A stretch of DNA of 60,000 nucleotides, from positions 5,892,001-5,952,000 of the forward strand of contig CM119373.1 of assembly GCA_051294905.1 (NCBI GenBank). The letters run 5' to 3'. Both the position numbers and the translations under genes were made by a program. Of the stretch, positions 1 to 13,800 are shown piece by piece. Each line of letters begins with the position of its first letter. Within the stretch, counting starts at the first letter, position 1. Origin of the DNA: Botryllus schlosseri. Taxonomy: Eukaryota. A model generated the notes under the pieces. It was not told the DNA's origin. It worked only from the letters and a program-made list of their open reading frames with translations, and made no database searches.

Positions 1-635
1 GAAAATATTCGGGTTCATTTCAATAGTAATATGCTATTCAATCGCTTATAATTCGGGCGTGTAATTTCGAATATCTTTCAAGCATGTTTTGAACAAATTT
101 GAATGTAAATTCGGCTTGGTATGGTAACTCTACACTTCTCTGTATATTATCGTTCATCATGTATAGAACGGTGTCATTTTAAGATTGCACGTTGTCAGTA
201 TGGAGAATTCTCAGAGTTCTTTTTTTCGCCGTGGCTCTTGATCATAATTTGAATGATAAAAGCCCCTGCGCAAAAATAATGCATGGTGCAGTTTCTTTGC
301 GCAATGCGTACATCGTTCATATCTGCATATTCTTGTGTTGATGTCATTCCGGGGAACTCTCACTATAGGTGGTGAAAGACACAGCCTCGTTACAGAATTT
401 CTAGAATTTTGACTGACACATGATTTTACTGCAGCTAATACAAGAGGAAACATAGAAATGTGTGTTGCTGAACCACACAGTGAACATTTGAACATGCATA
501 CCGAAGGAATTTCTGAGAGGCTTTTTCAAATTATCGTTCATAAAAGCCCGTACCATTCAAGTCATACTGTTAAAGAGGGCTTGGCCGTACGTGTAAGATT
601 TGGATTTTATCGGATATGTTCCTCGTTTTTCTCAG

Positions 636-694
636 GTATTTACAGACTTCAGCACGATGCCGGCACTCATTACGAATTACTCTTTGGATCCACT
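636..694 (+). CDS. CSGALNACT: CSGALNACT-type chondroitin sulfate GalNAc-transferase, first coding exon visible in window (upstream exons outside window)
   Basis: ctcag|GT ATT...ACT|gtaagt; translates (G)IYRLQHDAGTHYELLFGST, matching the CSGALNACT segment GIYRTERDKGTLYELTF; phase 0 join to next exon. Confidence 0.85.
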
Positions 695-905
695 GTAAGT
701 TTGGTTTTGTCTTCGAAATTGTCTTCTTGAATATTATCGAAATTGGCAACGAACACATCGGGCTATTTCAATAGTGCGGCCTGAGACTAAGCACGTATAC
801 ATCAGCGAAGGGAAGTTTTGCGAGTTATCAGAACAGGATGTGCCGTATCAATTACATTAAACTCTTTGTGACAGAAATGCAGTTGTTACTGGCGACACAT
901 TAGCA

Positions 906-1427
906 CAGGGTTTTAACCAAGTCACGAGGTTCCGGGTCACAAGTCAATCTCACTTTTGGAGTTTTGACTCGAGTCAAGTCGTATCATTTTCAATTCACCA
1001 CCGAGTCAAGTCCAAGTCGACGAGAAGAGGGTTGAGTCCGAGTCATATTGTTGTGACTCGAGTCCGAGTCCAAGTCATTGTGTTGACTGCTCAGTTTTAA
1101 GTTCAATCCAGTTCAACCCACTTTTTTCTACTCTGCTCGAGTGATATCGAATGACTCGAATTCATAATATTAGTCATTTTCCTCGGTGCTAAATGTCTCT
1201 GGCCCTATTTCCCAAGTATCAGGACTGATAGACGAAATACCACTAATGTGGTGACTTTACTATTCTTGAAAGTTACAATGAAATGTCCGTCTTGGCCGTC
1301 CTAGTCTTGAGTCATATGACTTGGTTCGAGTCATGCACAATGACGCGAGTACAAGTCGGTCGATACACAAAATGACTCGAGTCAAGTCGAGTCACCAAAA
1401 ACCGTGACACGAGTCATTAAAACCCTG
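906..1427. mobile_element. hAT-type MITE, GACTCGAGTC family (CAGGGTT termini)
   Basis: CAGGGTTTTAA...TTAAAACCCTG termini, arrays of GAGTC/GACTC motifs, degenerate 8-bp TSD cattagca/cgttggca; relatives at ~3130-3350, 5682-6179, ~8590-8976, 36077-38151, 39673-40231. Confidence 0.85.
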
Positions 1428-1855
1428 CGTTGGCACGATCTGTATCTGATTCATTAAGTGTAACCTTATCCTAACTAATTGTTTGTGATTCAATGACCGT
1501 CTTCGGCATTGTCGGTCAAATAAATCTGTCCCTTCGCGAACTTGAATTATTTGTCACCCTAATGAACGCCTTTTTCATTTGTCAATCGGTTCTTTGTCTA
1601 CCAGATGCGAGCACGGACTTGAGTTGAAGGATTTTGGGATTTTTAAAAAATTTTACAATGTTGGAATGGGTTTGAACTTCAATATTAAATTTCAAATCAT
1701 TTAAAAATAACGAGCGACATGAAACAAAATAATCCTTTCCCCGCAATGTTTTGGACTATACTACTTGGGGATGAATCTGGAATCTATTCAAATATATTAA
1801 TTTTACTCTGCTTTCGGGTCTGCCCCCTTTATTGGAATCCTGCGATGTTTTCCAG

Positions 1856-1995
1856 GTCAATTCGTCTGCTGCTTTACGGCTGGTGTCGCTGTTCCGGCCA
1901 TTTGCACGGCTGGACAGCGTATCGGTACGTGGTCGGGACTCGACGGAAACCGTTCATATTATCGTGCCTCTGCTTGGTAGAGGGGACTCTTTGAG
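1856..1995 (+). CDS. CSGALNACT: CSGALNACT coding exon
   Basis: tccag|...|gttggt; VNSSAALRLVSLFRPFARLDSVSVRGRDSTETVHIIVPLLGRGDSL(R); LFRPF and I-I-VPL-x-R motifs; phases compatible on both sides. Confidence 0.9.
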
Positions 1996-2059
1996 GTTGG
2001 TTACGCAGTTGCTGGTAGCGCAAGGATTACACTATGACTTCAGACGGCTGCTTGTGTTT

Positions 2060-2720
2060 TAGGGCTGTTCCAAAATAGTTTTTTTTTTTAATTTTACTGG
2101 CTACTTGATAAAATTGTTAGGTTACCTAAAAAAACGCTGCACACCAATTTTGGATCAATTCCAACCAGAGAAAGCGAAGTTATTATACTAGAAAATTTTG
2201 GATTTATTTAATGATTATTGAAATTTTTCAAATTTGACTGGCTACCCCCATGTTAGGTTGCCGGAACATACGATGCACAAAAACTTTTGCTCAATACCTA
2301 CCACTAGAAGCGGTGTTATCGAAGTAGGCCTACAAAATTTTGGATTTATAAGAAATAGTATTTAAGGAGGTAAATTCATTCGTTATTTAATATTAAAGAT
2401 CTAACCACCGTAAATATTGCGATTTCAAATCCGAAAGTTTGAACATCAATAGCTTCCCTTCTACGGGTTAGAATTAATTCAAATTTGTTAGGCATCGCTT
2501 TCTCCAGACAACCTAACAATCTCATGGGGTAGCTAGCAAAATTTGAAATAAAGTTATATTAAATATTTTTTAAAAAATCCAAAATTTTCTACTAAATTAA
2601 ATTCGCTTCCACTGGTTGAAATTGAGCCATCACTGGCGTGCAGCATATTTTTAGGTAACCTAACAATTTTATCAAGTAGATCCTAACATTTGAGAATATA
2701 GTTATTTTTAAACAGCCCTA
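2060..2720. mobile_element. Palindromic MITE, TAGGGCTGTT family
   Basis: TAGGGCTGTT...AACAGCCCTA termini with long internal inverted arms; relatives at ~5133-5296 and 6908-7402. Confidence 0.75.
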
Positions 2721-2928
2721 TTGACCACCTTTGGTGCGAACACCAACCAAATGCTCCATTTGATTAAAATTCGGGCCAGTCTGGAGTATTTCTGCACCTT
2801 CTCAATTGGCTATAATTAACAATAATAACCTAATTCTACCTCGGCCGCGTAATAGGCCTACACTCTTTTGAATGCATGTTATCGGATGCAGTTGGTGACA
2901 CAGCTGTGAATCTATTTTATTTATACAG

Positions 2929-3116
2929 AAAATTTATGCAAACATTTGAACAAGAAGGGATAGCGAACGACGGCCATGTTCACTTGACCGTCGTGTGTTA
3001 CGGCAAGGAAGCCTTGACAGACGCCAAGACGATACTGAAAGGCGTGGGGACCAGACGCAATTTCAAAAGTTATCAGATCATCGATGGTGGCGTCGTGGAA
3101 TTTTCAAGGGGAAGAG
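2929..3116 (+). CDS. CSGALNACT: CSGALNACT coding exon
   Basis: tacag|...|gtgcgt; KFMQTFEQEGIANDGHVHLTVVCYGKE...EFSRGR, matches FMQNF...DGRVHLTVVYFGKE...EFSRGKG. Confidence 0.92.
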
Positions 3117-3392
3117 GTGCGTTTATACCAATTTTCCTCACTTTTAGCAGTTTCTGGCCGCATTTCCAAGTACCAGTACCAATAGACGAAATCCCAATAG
3201 CATGGTTACTTGACCATTCTTCGAAATTACAATGAAATGTCGGTCTTGCTAGACCCAGTCTCGAGTCATATGACTTGGTTTGAGTCACACACAGTGACTT
3301 GAGTACAAGTTGAGTCAATACAAAAATTGACTCGAGTCATGACTCGACTTTAGTCAGACTTCAGATGCGATTTTGCGTTGACTCGACTTGGC

Positions 3393-3570
3393 TTGGGATA
3401 TCATGGAGGGGTGGTGCATGACTTAGAAAGCCTTACGAGGCTATATCTGCACTTCTTTGTCCAGCGGCATATGCACATCATGCACTCATGGTATGCATGT
3501 GCAGTTGTGCACAGATAGTGTGTATGTATATGCCGCAAAATTATCAAGGACAAAAATATACAACGTCCTA
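3393..3570 (+). mobile_element. 5'-truncated copy of tRNA-derived SINE
   Basis: Homologous to the body and tail of the minus-strand SINE at 54491-55155 (ggtggtgcatgacttagaaagcc...ctatatctgcactt...). Confidence 0.7.
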
Positions 3571-3915
3571 CTCAAGACGATATCTCGCTAACGGTAAAAA
3601 AAGGTCTTGTATTTGCGATCTTGCATTTTTAGACATGTTCAAATCAACTGAATAAAATTAACATAATTAGACCTAACAATAACCTTGAATCATTTTTGAA
3701 CAATTGTGTATGTTATTTTCTGTCTTGAATTAAATTCATAACCTTTTAAATTGTAATATGAGTAGACTAGGTTATTTCTGATAAGAAAAATAATTGACCT
3801 TCAAATCTAGCAATAATTCCATAAATATGCTCCTACTTCATGTAGTTCTGACACCTGTTGAATTTAATGCCGTTTTCGGCCAGAAACTGAAACTAACTTG
3901 AAGCCTCATTTTCAG

Positions 3916-4032
3916 CTTTGCAAAAAGGCGCCGAAAGCATAACCTCTCGCGATTCGCTGATGTTCTTTTGCGACGTCGACATGCATTTCTCCGCCCGTTT
4001 TCTTCAGCAATGCCGCGCGCGGACTTGGCTAG
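3916..4032 (+). CDS. CSGALNACT: CSGALNACT coding exon carrying the DxD motif
   Basis: ttcag|...|gtgaag; (A)LQKGAESITSRDSLMFFCDVDMHFSARFLQQCRARTWL(G); FFCDVD is the metal/nucleotide-sugar binding motif; not in the ORF track. Confidence 0.92.
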
Positions 4033-4334
4033 GTGAAGTGTGCCGTGCTTACTTGCTCCGGTGTTAGTCGAGTCAAAACGAGAGAATTTAGGACAGTCTG
4101 GAAGGTACTTTCGTAAACTGAATGACAATCTAAACCGAGCAACTCTTTATCCATCTCGTTTTTACTATCAATAGATTACATTAGATACAGTTTTCAACAT
4201 TTTCTTCATGTTTCAGTGGCCTAAAATTTGAGCGTGCGACACAATTAACAGTGACCCCAGCCGTAACCTCGAAATTGACTCTTAGACCAACCAACCCTAA
4301 TCCTAACCCAACTATGAGCGTATCTGTAACCCAC

Positions 4335-4400
4335 GTGCTCAAGTGTTGCATGATCTAGTGTTGCATGCTCAAGTGTTGCATGACCAAGTGTTGCATACTC
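4335..4400. repeat. 15-bp tandem repeat (about 4 units of caagtgttgcatgNN)
   Basis: ctcaagtgttgcatg atctagtgttgcatg ctcaagtgttgcatg accaagtgttgcata. Confidence 0.8.
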
Positions 4401-5395
4401 GTGTAATCCTTGGACCATTTCCCATTTCCTTTTCAAATTCCCATTCGAAGGTTTGTAGTCAAAGTGAGAACGTTTTGAAATGTAATCTATCAAACCTGGC
4501 TACTTGCCAATGTTATGTGTTGGCGGTTGGCACTATGTCTTTTGTTAGCATTGTGTATTGATATTCACTAGTTGGGATAGCCTACCTGAATAGCCATCGA
4601 GTAATCGAGCCGTAACAGTATCCTTAGGTTTGAAACTCGCAATGATGAATATTAAATCAACTGTAACAGGGCTACTCGACTGGCGGACCGCAGTTCGAAG
4701 GCGGACCTTTCAGTGTTGAATCCGCATTTAAATAAGCAGTGCAAATTTTAACTGTGTTTGGGTCTATTTACAGCTGCTTACAGCGTTTTCGATTATGAAC
4801 TTGATAAAAAATAGATTTAGCATCCCGTAAAAACCTTCACCACCGCCTTCGACTCGCTCTCACCACTTTGGAAGATTCTGTAATAAAAAATGCCAATTGT
4901 CACACTAGCTGTGGCGAACTTTCGCTGGCTCTTTTACGAATACCTCTTTACCGGATTTTGCATTTAGATATGCCGTATTAGATTTGTTGGGCTACAAATC
5001 ATTCCGTGATAGTTATGACGGACCTAAGCAAATTTTAAACTTTTGTTGCTGAACCTGCGCTAATAATAGTTTTGGAGTACAGCGAATATAGATGTCATGG
5101 CCCTCGCTCGTACAATTTTGACGTATATGCATTAGGGCTGCTCAGAAACAGTTTTTTCTTTGAAATTTCACTGGCAATGTGATAAAATTATCAGGTCGAC
5201 TAAAACAACACCTCACACCAAACTTGGCTCAATTCCAACCAGTAGAAGCGAGATTCTTGCAGTAGAAAGTTATGAACTGTGTTTTTGAACAGCCCTAAAG
5301 GCCATGTACTGCACAGTATTCTTATGAAGTCCAACAAATGCTCTCCGACCTGTGTATATCTAATGGCCGCTTGCCATTAACCTTTGCTCTTCCAG

Positions 5396-5569
5396 GTCAA
5401 AAAGTGTTCTACCCGATGGTCTTCAGCTTGTACAACCCCGACGTGGTGTACAAGGGCAAGCCGGTCCCGTCCCTGAAAGACCAACGTGTCGTACGCAGGG
5501 ACAACGGATTCTGGCGGGATTTCGGATTCGGGATGACCTGTCAGTATAAAGGGGACTTTGATGATATCG
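5396..5569 (+). CDS. CSGALNACT: CSGALNACT coding exon
   Basis: tccag|...|gtaagg; [15 protein letters not shown]...[35 protein letters not shown] is characteristic of CSGALNACT1/2. Confidence 0.95.
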
Positions 5570-5681
5570 GTAAGGTCGACCGACTTTGAAGAACACATTT
5601 TAGCGATAATCGAAGATATAGCCTAGAATTTGATTTAAATTAACCTGGATAGCCGTGATCGCCGACTACTAGTAGATAATG

Positions 5682-6179
5682 CAGGGATGTAATGACTCGA
5701 GTCCTTTTTTCAAATGTGTAAATGACTTGACTTGAGTCAATTTCTGTATTGACTCGACTTGCACTCGAGTAATTCAGCATGACTCGAGACTAGGACCGCC
5801 AAGACAGACATTTCATTGTAACTTCGAATAATAGTAGGCCTACAGTAACCACACTATTAGGATTTCGTCTATTGGTGCTGGTACTTGAAAATGCGACCTG
5901 AAACTGTTAAAAGTGAGGAACGTTAGTAGGCTATATTATAAATGCGATCCATTTGATATCACCAAACAGAGTTGTAAAAAGGGGGTAAACAAGAATTTAA
6001 CTGGAAACTGAGCGGTGAACACAAAGACTTGGACTCTAGCCACGATACCATGACTCGGACTCGACCCTCTGCTCTTGGACTTGGTGTTGAATTGAAAATG
6101 ACTCGGCTTGACTCGAGTCAAAACTAAAAAAGTTAAATTGACTTGTGAATCGGAACCTTGCGACTTGGTTGCAACCCTA
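5682..6179. mobile_element. hAT-type MITE, GACTCGAGTC family (reverse orientation)
   Basis: CAGGG...CCCTA termini; TSD agataatg/agagaatg (7/8). Confidence 0.85.
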
Positions 6180-6907
6180 AGAGAATGGTACACCCAACAA
6201 TCGTTTATCCAAATTAAAAATTGCCGGTACGTTTTCTTCGGCTAGATTATTGGAAATCCATCATGGTGATGCGATATTTGGTTATGTGTTTCTCTAATAG
6301 CTGCTGACGCGAACCCCCGACGAATATCCGCCAAAAATATTCTGGTTCATCTGAATATGAATATTTGGATAGCTTCTCCGAGATACAGAACTTCAATATG
6401 CAATTGAATAGTATATTCATATTGAAATGAACCCGAATATTTTCGGCTGACACTCGTCAGGGGTAATCGTCAGTAAATAGTTGAGAATTGAAAGGTACAT
6501 TGTGTATTCAATATCAGTACAAGTTAATGTGATGGGTTTCGACCCAATAAACCCTCCCCTTGTTACTGTCAGTAGTGATGTCTGTGAGCCAGCAACAGCT
6601 GCGACAACATCACACAATAGAACACTGGTACAACGACTCACGCCAAACGGCGACACTTGTTTTCCATATGTTCCACAAGTGTTTTGTTGATACACAACTA
6701 GAACTGCTCAAAAAACAATTAGTTAGATTAACTAGATAGGTAACTTAAACCAGTGTGTACACGGTAATTCATAACATTCCGGCCTCATAGTCCAGGGGTG
6801 GGCAAACTACGGCCCGCAACACCGCTTCGTGCGGCCCGCGAAAGTCTCAAGAAACATTGTAAAAATATGGATAAAATGCGTAAAATCTAATAACTGTGGG
6901 TGCTTAA

Positions 6908-7402
6908 TAGGGCTGTTAAAAAAAAACGCTTCCTGCAGATTTCACTGGCTACTTCATGAAATTGTTAGGTTGGTGAAAACAACGCTGCACACCAAATTTG
7001 GCTCAATTCCGATCACTAGAAGCAAAGTTATTGCAGTAGAAAAATTTCCAATCCAAGATTTTATAATAACTAATTGAAGAGTTAGCCACCGCAAATACTA
7101 TTTACTTCAAACCCAAATTCTATTACTGCAATAACTTCGCTTCTAGGGGTTGGAATTGAGCCAAATTTGGTGTGCATCATCTCTACTGTTAGCCTAATAA
7201 TTTTATGGAGTTGACAAAAAGACTTTGAAAATACATTTTTCTGTTTTTTAATGATAAATTCAAGACTTTCTACTGCAAGAAATTCGCTCCCACCTGTTGG
7301 AATTGAGCCAAAGTTGGTGTGCAGCATTGTTTTCACCAACCTAACAATTTTATCAAGTAGCCAGTGAAATCTGAAGAAACCGTTCTTTTTTTAACAGCCC
7401 TA
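6908..7402. mobile_element. Palindromic MITE, TAGGGCTGTT family
   Basis: TAGGGCTGTTAAAAAAA...TTTTTTAACAGCCCTA; TSD gtgcttaa/gtgctcaa. Confidence 0.85.
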
Positions 7403-8115
7403 GTGCTCAATACCCCTTTTTTATTTATTTCAACATGATAATGATAAGTTATATTCTTACGATAGTACTCTAGTTACTTCTTACCACGAGGCCCATGCAT
7501 TTTGAAAGGTTTCAATTGCTAAACATCACAGAAGGTGGAACGTAAACGACTTAATCCGAACCAAGAACGTGATTTTAGATTGGCAACACGATCAAGTTCA
7601 TTACTTTTAGTGCTGCACTTCGAAAATCCGATTCGCGAGTGTGCTAGATAGATTCGTTCTTTGTATTTATCGAAGTATTTTTATATATGATAATTACATA
7701 TTGTACTAGCGTATTTACAGGTAACATGGTTATCCTGCTGTCAGTATCGTGTGTCCCGGAGTTCAACCAAAAGTACAACCAGCAGATCGCCGCTCACAGA
7801 CTCAAAAATGTACCTCTGGTTCTGTGAATAGGGGCAACCGAATTTCGTCCCTAATTTGGACAATGATGACGCCCAGCTTATAAATTCTTGTCAATGTTTC
7901 CAAAGCGTATATGTTAATAACTACACCATAACATATATATTATTTACATGTATTCGGTCACTATATAATTTGGCTTAGTATCCCAATTTTACATAGTGCA
8001 ACATGCGAAAGGATTCAAATGTTGAATGCGGCTCGCGAGCTAAAAAGTTTGCCTACCCCTGTCATAGTCTTATATCATGTAATCCAAGGTGCCGTCAATT
8101 TGTTTTATCACACAG

Positions 8116-8271
8116 GCGGTTTCGACCTCACCATCAAAGGCTGGGGATCTGAAGACGTGCTGTTGTACAGGAAGTACAGCCGTTCGCCGAAATACCAGGT
8201 CATACGAAATCCCGTCGACACTTTGTTCCATCACTGGCACCCGAAGCACTGTGACAAATCGCTTTCGTTGG
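8116..8271 (+). CDS. CSGALNACT: CSGALNACT coding exon
   Basis: cacag|...|gtaaga; GGFDLTIKGWGSEDVLLYRKY...LFHHWHPKHCD; GWGxED motif of the GT7-like domain. Confidence 0.95.
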
Positions 8272-8980
8272 GTAAGAATTCGCCATTATGCGTTGGCTTT
8301 TAATGCCCTAAATGTGGGCTGGTTTGTTATGGTTACAAACAGGGTTGGGCTGTATGATTCCAAATCCATCGTTCTGAGCTAATTCATCAAGTAATCTCAA
8401 AATCCTTTCTGTAGTATTCATTATTTTTCATTATCCGTGATTTTATGGGAGCCCTGGCTTTCGAAATATCAATGTTATAAAAGCTGGGTATTCTAACAGC
8501 TAGTCGCATCCCAGCAAAGCATTCAAAATAGCGAGTATCATAAAAGAGAGGCATCCATCACAGCTCATACTATGAATTTTCTCAAAACTTGGAAATGACT
8601 CGAGTCAATTTGTGTATTGACTCGACTTGGACCAAATCGTATGACTCGAGACTCAGACGGCCAAGACCGACATTGCATTGCAATTTCGAGGAAAAGTAAA
8701 GTCGTCTATTGGTACTGGTACTTGAAAATGCGACCAGAAACGGCTAAGAGTGATGAAAATTAGTATATTATGAATGGGAACCATTTGATATCACCATACA
8801 GAGTTACAAAAGTGGGTTTAACAAGACTTTAACGGGAAACTGGGCAGTCAACACAATGACTTGGACTTGGACTCGAGCCATAATACCATGACTCGGTGGT
8901 GAATTGAAAACGACTCGATTTGACTCGAGTCCAAACTATAAAAGTGAGATTGACTTGTGACTTGGTTACAACCCTGATAT

Positions 8981-9918
8981 CAGACTTGGACAACTAGATA
9001 ATTCTAGTTGTCTAATTTCACTAAATTAGAGCGAAATGCCAGTAATCTAATTCTAATCTAATTTGTGAAATGCTTCCATGCTCTAATTCTAATTCTAATC
9101 TAATTTGTGAAATGTTCGTATGCTCTAATTCTAATTCTAATCTAATTTGTGAAATGTCCGTATTCTCTAATTCTAGTTCTAATCTAATTATTGTTTTCCT
9201 GAAAATGCCTTTTTGTCCGAGGCATATTGCACTATTGCAGTGAGTTAAAAAGAATATCCCGCTTGCGCAGGGAAATCCAGTGCCAAGCCGCCATCGCATT
9301 ACTTACACCGTGCAGTCATAGTAGATATTATGATGAATATAGCCTGCTAGAGTAGCTTGTAGCCTGCGAACAGCATTCTAGTTTCTAAAACTTTACGTTA
9401 GTACATTGCCATTCTGACTAACATATGGGCGATGCCCATGGTTACCATAAAAGAAGTAATATTTTATTAAAGTATAGTAAAAATCGAGCCAAGCTTGGTG
9501 TACAAGAGTTACCCATTCTCATGTTTATGGGAATGCACTATTGTTGTTTTTATTAAACAAAAATATGAGGCGCCTATCGCCTCACGGCCTTTTGCACCGC
9601 GCACTGTGATTTGATGTGAACGGCATTTTGCTGTATTCATTTCCCATATACAATTTCATTCCATTTCCAAGTTTTTGCGAACTAAGTATAGCACTAATTC
9701 TAATTCTAATCTAAACTGGAAAAGGCTTAGTAGCTCTAATTCTAATTCTAATCTAATTTGAAAAAGCAGTGTAGCTCTAATTCTAATTCTAATCTAATTT
9801 GGAAAAACTGTGCAGCTCTAATTCTAATTCTAATCAAGTTTGAAAAAAACTGTGGAGCTCTAATTCTAATTCTAATCTAATTCAGAAAAGCTGAAAATTT
9901 TCTAGTTGTCCAAGTCTG
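8981..9918. mobile_element. hAT-type MITE with (TCTAAT)n subterminal arrays
   Basis: 17-bp TIR CAGACTTGGACAACTAG; perfect TSD cctgatat (8973-8980, 9919-9926); inserted into the end of a GACTCGAGTC MITE. Confidence 0.92.
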
Positions 9919-10087
9919 CCTGATATCATTGCCCTGACCAAATTGTCTATATTTTCGGAATCAGTGTGACAAATCTCGTTTCTTAAACAGCTCACGATAG
10001 CTCCTAGCTCCTTATACAACACTGCACTGGCTGTTAACTTGTGTTTGCCTCAAGCGCGTTACGTTAATTTCGATTGTCTCTCACCAG

Positions 10088-10185
10088 AGCAACACAACGC
10101 CTGCCTACGGAGTCGGTCTATAACGGAAGGCTCGCAAGTGCAATTGGGGATGCTTTACCTCGAAGAAAAAGCCGGTAAATCGTGA
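10088..10185 (+). CDS. CSGALNACT: CSGALNACT terminal coding exon
   Basis: caccag|AG CAA...; (E)QHNACLRSRSITEGSQVQLGMLYLEEKAGKS*, matching [23 protein letters not shown]; TGA at 10183-10185. Confidence 0.88.
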
Positions 10186-10524
10186 TAGCTGGGGTTCGCG
10201 GCCGGAATTGACTGCAGAACCACAAAATATCTCTGTGCCGTATTACGAGTCACCCGGTTACGTTGACGTAAGAATTTCAGGTATCGCGCGATTACCGAAT
10301 CTAGTATTGTACGATGGCACGTGCCTGTCGCAGATTACTGCGAGATTTGTCAAGTTCATTCCACGATATTCTCCGATAAGTTCCAGTCCTGCAGAAATAC
10401 GAAGCCTTACTTGAATCATGTCTCGTTTGTAATAGTGGCAGCGATTCGTCTGTGTTAAGCCACCTTTATGAAATATCCTAATGTGTACTTTGTGGCGATT
10501 GTGCCGGTTTGTAATGTCCTATTA

Positions 10525-10844
10525 CAGTGGTTCTCAACCTTTTTTATTCGCGAACCCCCTCCCCGAAGTTTTAGTTTAAATTCAGCTCTATCATCGTGTA
10601 AATAGTAACTGCAGGCTAGTGATAAACAGCGACAAAATGACATTTCTTGAGAATAAAATCATACTATCTGTGTAGAAATCGGGAAGACTTTTAGTATTCC
10701 AAAGCGAATTCTGTGTAGCTTCATTTCTCTTCATCCTGTTTCTGTGAGTCCTGACGTTTTGGCAGTTGTGAAGCAAATAGAAACTAGTTTTTCAACCATT
10801 TTGCATGTTTGGAGGGTTCGCGGACTCCCAGTTGAGAACCACTG
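10525..10844. mobile_element. hAT (Charlie-like) MITE
   Basis: TIR CAGTGGTTCTCAAC; perfect TSD tcctatta. Confidence 0.9.
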
Positions 10845-13800
10845 TCCTATTATAATGAACTACTTTACTTTAGCGTCAGCGAACTGTTGAACTTGACAGC
10901 AGTGTATTTATGTGAAAGCCTCATATTGCCACAGCATTTGCCTTACATTGTTGTATGAAGCTGTTTTGTTGGGTCCACGGACATATGAGCATGCCACACA
11001 GTAGCATGCGGCCGTCAAGCATGTAACTCTGAACATGTCAGTTGAAATTTGGGTTAGGCTTAGTTTTTATGCCTTGATCACCGATAGCTGTGAAGTAGAA
11101 GAAGCCTAGTATAAAGTAATAACGACTTGAAAAACTAGTGTAATTAGGCAGAACCTACTTGGAGTAGGCCTACTTCAAATGTAGAGTACATTCTTCCTGA
11201 CTGCCTCTGAGTGAGAATTAATAGCAAGGTCAAAGTTTGTAGCCTACCATTCACACAAGCAGAATGACAATATTGATAGTTACAATTGCCAAAATTTTCA
11301 TTCTTATAGACTAAACCTACCACTATGGCAGTTCGTTATGACCTCTCTGCACGAAAAGGTCATTTCTATGAGCATTGAACATGCGTAGCAGCAGGCTGCA
11401 TGTTTCGTATATCGGGATAAAGCAAATGTAGATTTATGAGCTTTAACGTTGGGAAGAAAGTCTAAATAATAATTCCTGCTGATAATATTGTTTTTCGTCG
11501 CTTGGTTATCAGATAAAGCATACCGTACTTTTTTGCTTGAATCGGATCATTACGTTCCGTACTCAGCTCATATTCGAGTACTCCAATAGTTTTGAAGCAG
11601 CATGCTCAAATGTCGCACTTCACTGTGTCACATGTTCAAATGTCCTTTGATGACCGTGAATCACTGACTTTGTAGCTTCGAGATAATCCCGTTTGCTGCG
11701 AACTGTTTTGTTCGTGGTCTCGTCACCTGAAGATACGCTAAAATATGTGAATTTCTCTACAATTTTCCTCATCACTTATTGTTTGAATGTAGTCCCTATT
11801 TTTTTTCCAATCCTCATTCAAAACTTGACTTATCGTTGGATCAGTATTTTTTTACCATGATTAATTGTTGTCCAGCATTCATGTGTGCGAACTTGCTTGA
11901 GATAGTTTTGAACTTAATTCTATGTCAGGTAGTGCATTGCAAATACCGATGCGGTTGTATGATATTCTATGAAATATTTCTGACTGTAATTCAGCATTGG
12001 TTCTTTCGTTTGGATAATCACTGTTTAACGAAATTGTATTTTAGTGACGATTAATCAGGTGTTATAAACGAACCCACAGTAAATTATGTATGTTGCAAAC
12101 CCACAGTCGATTTTATTTTGTTATTTATTTCATGACTGTCGTTTTGCAAGATGTACCCATGAAGCAACGTTCATGAAGCTCGTGCATTTTTATGTTTTTT
12201 TCCAGCATATGTTTGTGATTTTATGGTTATTGTGCACAGTATTGGCAAATGTAGGACGTTTAGTGGCAAATCTTCAATTCCAGTATACTATTTCCTTTAA
12301 TGAGATTTCTTGGTGTCAGCATTATGTCCCTTCGTGTTTCATTCTTGCTGTATTCGCACTTTGTGTGGAATATTGTTCTGATGCTTACTGTATTATTTTC
12401 ATTTTGTTGTCATTTTCCACGATGAGTAGAACTTAGCTGAACAGCAGACATGACCTTTTTTCAGTATCATTGAATTAGCCTTATTACTTCACTTGTATTT
12501 GTGTAACTGTATTTTCTTTCAAGTCATCAAGACAGTCTCTGAACTTTGTTCGTTGAACTAACTGTATACCATGGCGGAGACAAGTTTTTGCTGTATTTTG
12601 TTGCATATAAACTGCGCAGGTTTCTGATTATCTTGGCTTTGTGTTGTGCTCTGAAATGGATTAAACATAGACAGGCTTGGCTTGCACTCTGGATGAGGTA
12701 GGTTGAATTGGTGCTTTAGGATAGAAAATTGGTACCGTGTGGTGTAAACCTTGTGAAGTTAGTATACCACTCCAGCTCTCTAAGGTTATCAACCATTAAT
12801 GGTCTGGGCTCAGATGAAAGATTGATAGGTTAATTATTGACACAGTCGCAGTAAATTAGAGTGGATCTTGGTATCTGATAAGAATTCGTCCGGAGAATCT
12901 CATTTGAAAATTCTTATTGCGGATGGGGATACAATGATGTCTCCATATAGGAGGATTTGTCCTATTTTCTCGATAAAAGTAACCTGTTATTGAACTTGTT
13001 TGCCTGTCGCTAACAAAAAATGTCCTCTTTTGAGATTCTGAACATATGGTGAGATTTTTTAGTTGAAAACCACTTGAAGTTGCGGTTCGTGATTGGAAAT
13101 AAGTCAATTAACGCCGGTGCCTCTGCGTTACAACATGAAATTCGTCAACAAGGCACCGCAATACGGCATAACACACAGAATACAGCTGGGGTCCGCGAAC
13201 TAGTTACAGTAGCTATCCGTTAATGATGTATGGGCATCGAGCAGCTATACTATTCAGATTGTCTTATCTCGACGGCTTCCGTAAATAATCAGCTTATTTT
13301 AGGCATGGAATAGTTTAAATTGAGGTAAACGTGATGTGATGATGAGCTTTTTTAGTCGACAGGTAACTTTTTAGGCGTTCCTAGCCCAAAACGTATTCGA
13401 GCATTTTTAGACCCTCGTTAAATAAAAGTATCCGCAATTTTGGGGATACATACAGTCACACAACCTCCGACAACACTTGATGGGGTCCGCGATTTAAAAC
13501 CCTTGCTGCAACGGGACTTGGCGTGAAATTCACAGCGATCGAGGCTGCAAGCTCCGGTTTGATCCACGCGTGAGGTTGATATAGGCTCCTTATTCCCACG
13601 TAGCTGTTACCTGTTATTACATCATAAGTCATAAGTCAACGTGAGTGAAAACAAGAAAGGAAGGAGCGTCTATAAATGACAGCCGAGGAGATCAAGATTG
13701 AACACTGTTACATCGGAGATTGGCCGAGATTGATGTTATATATGACGAGACCTTGTTGTCAGGGTTTCAGCATCCTCCTACCCGTTCATTACATCGCATT

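Noticed and set aside
9021..9299. ORF with repeated IRLELELE (and similar LELEL ORF at 41313-41582)
   Set aside because: Translation of hexamer arrays at MITE ends, not a leucine-rich protein
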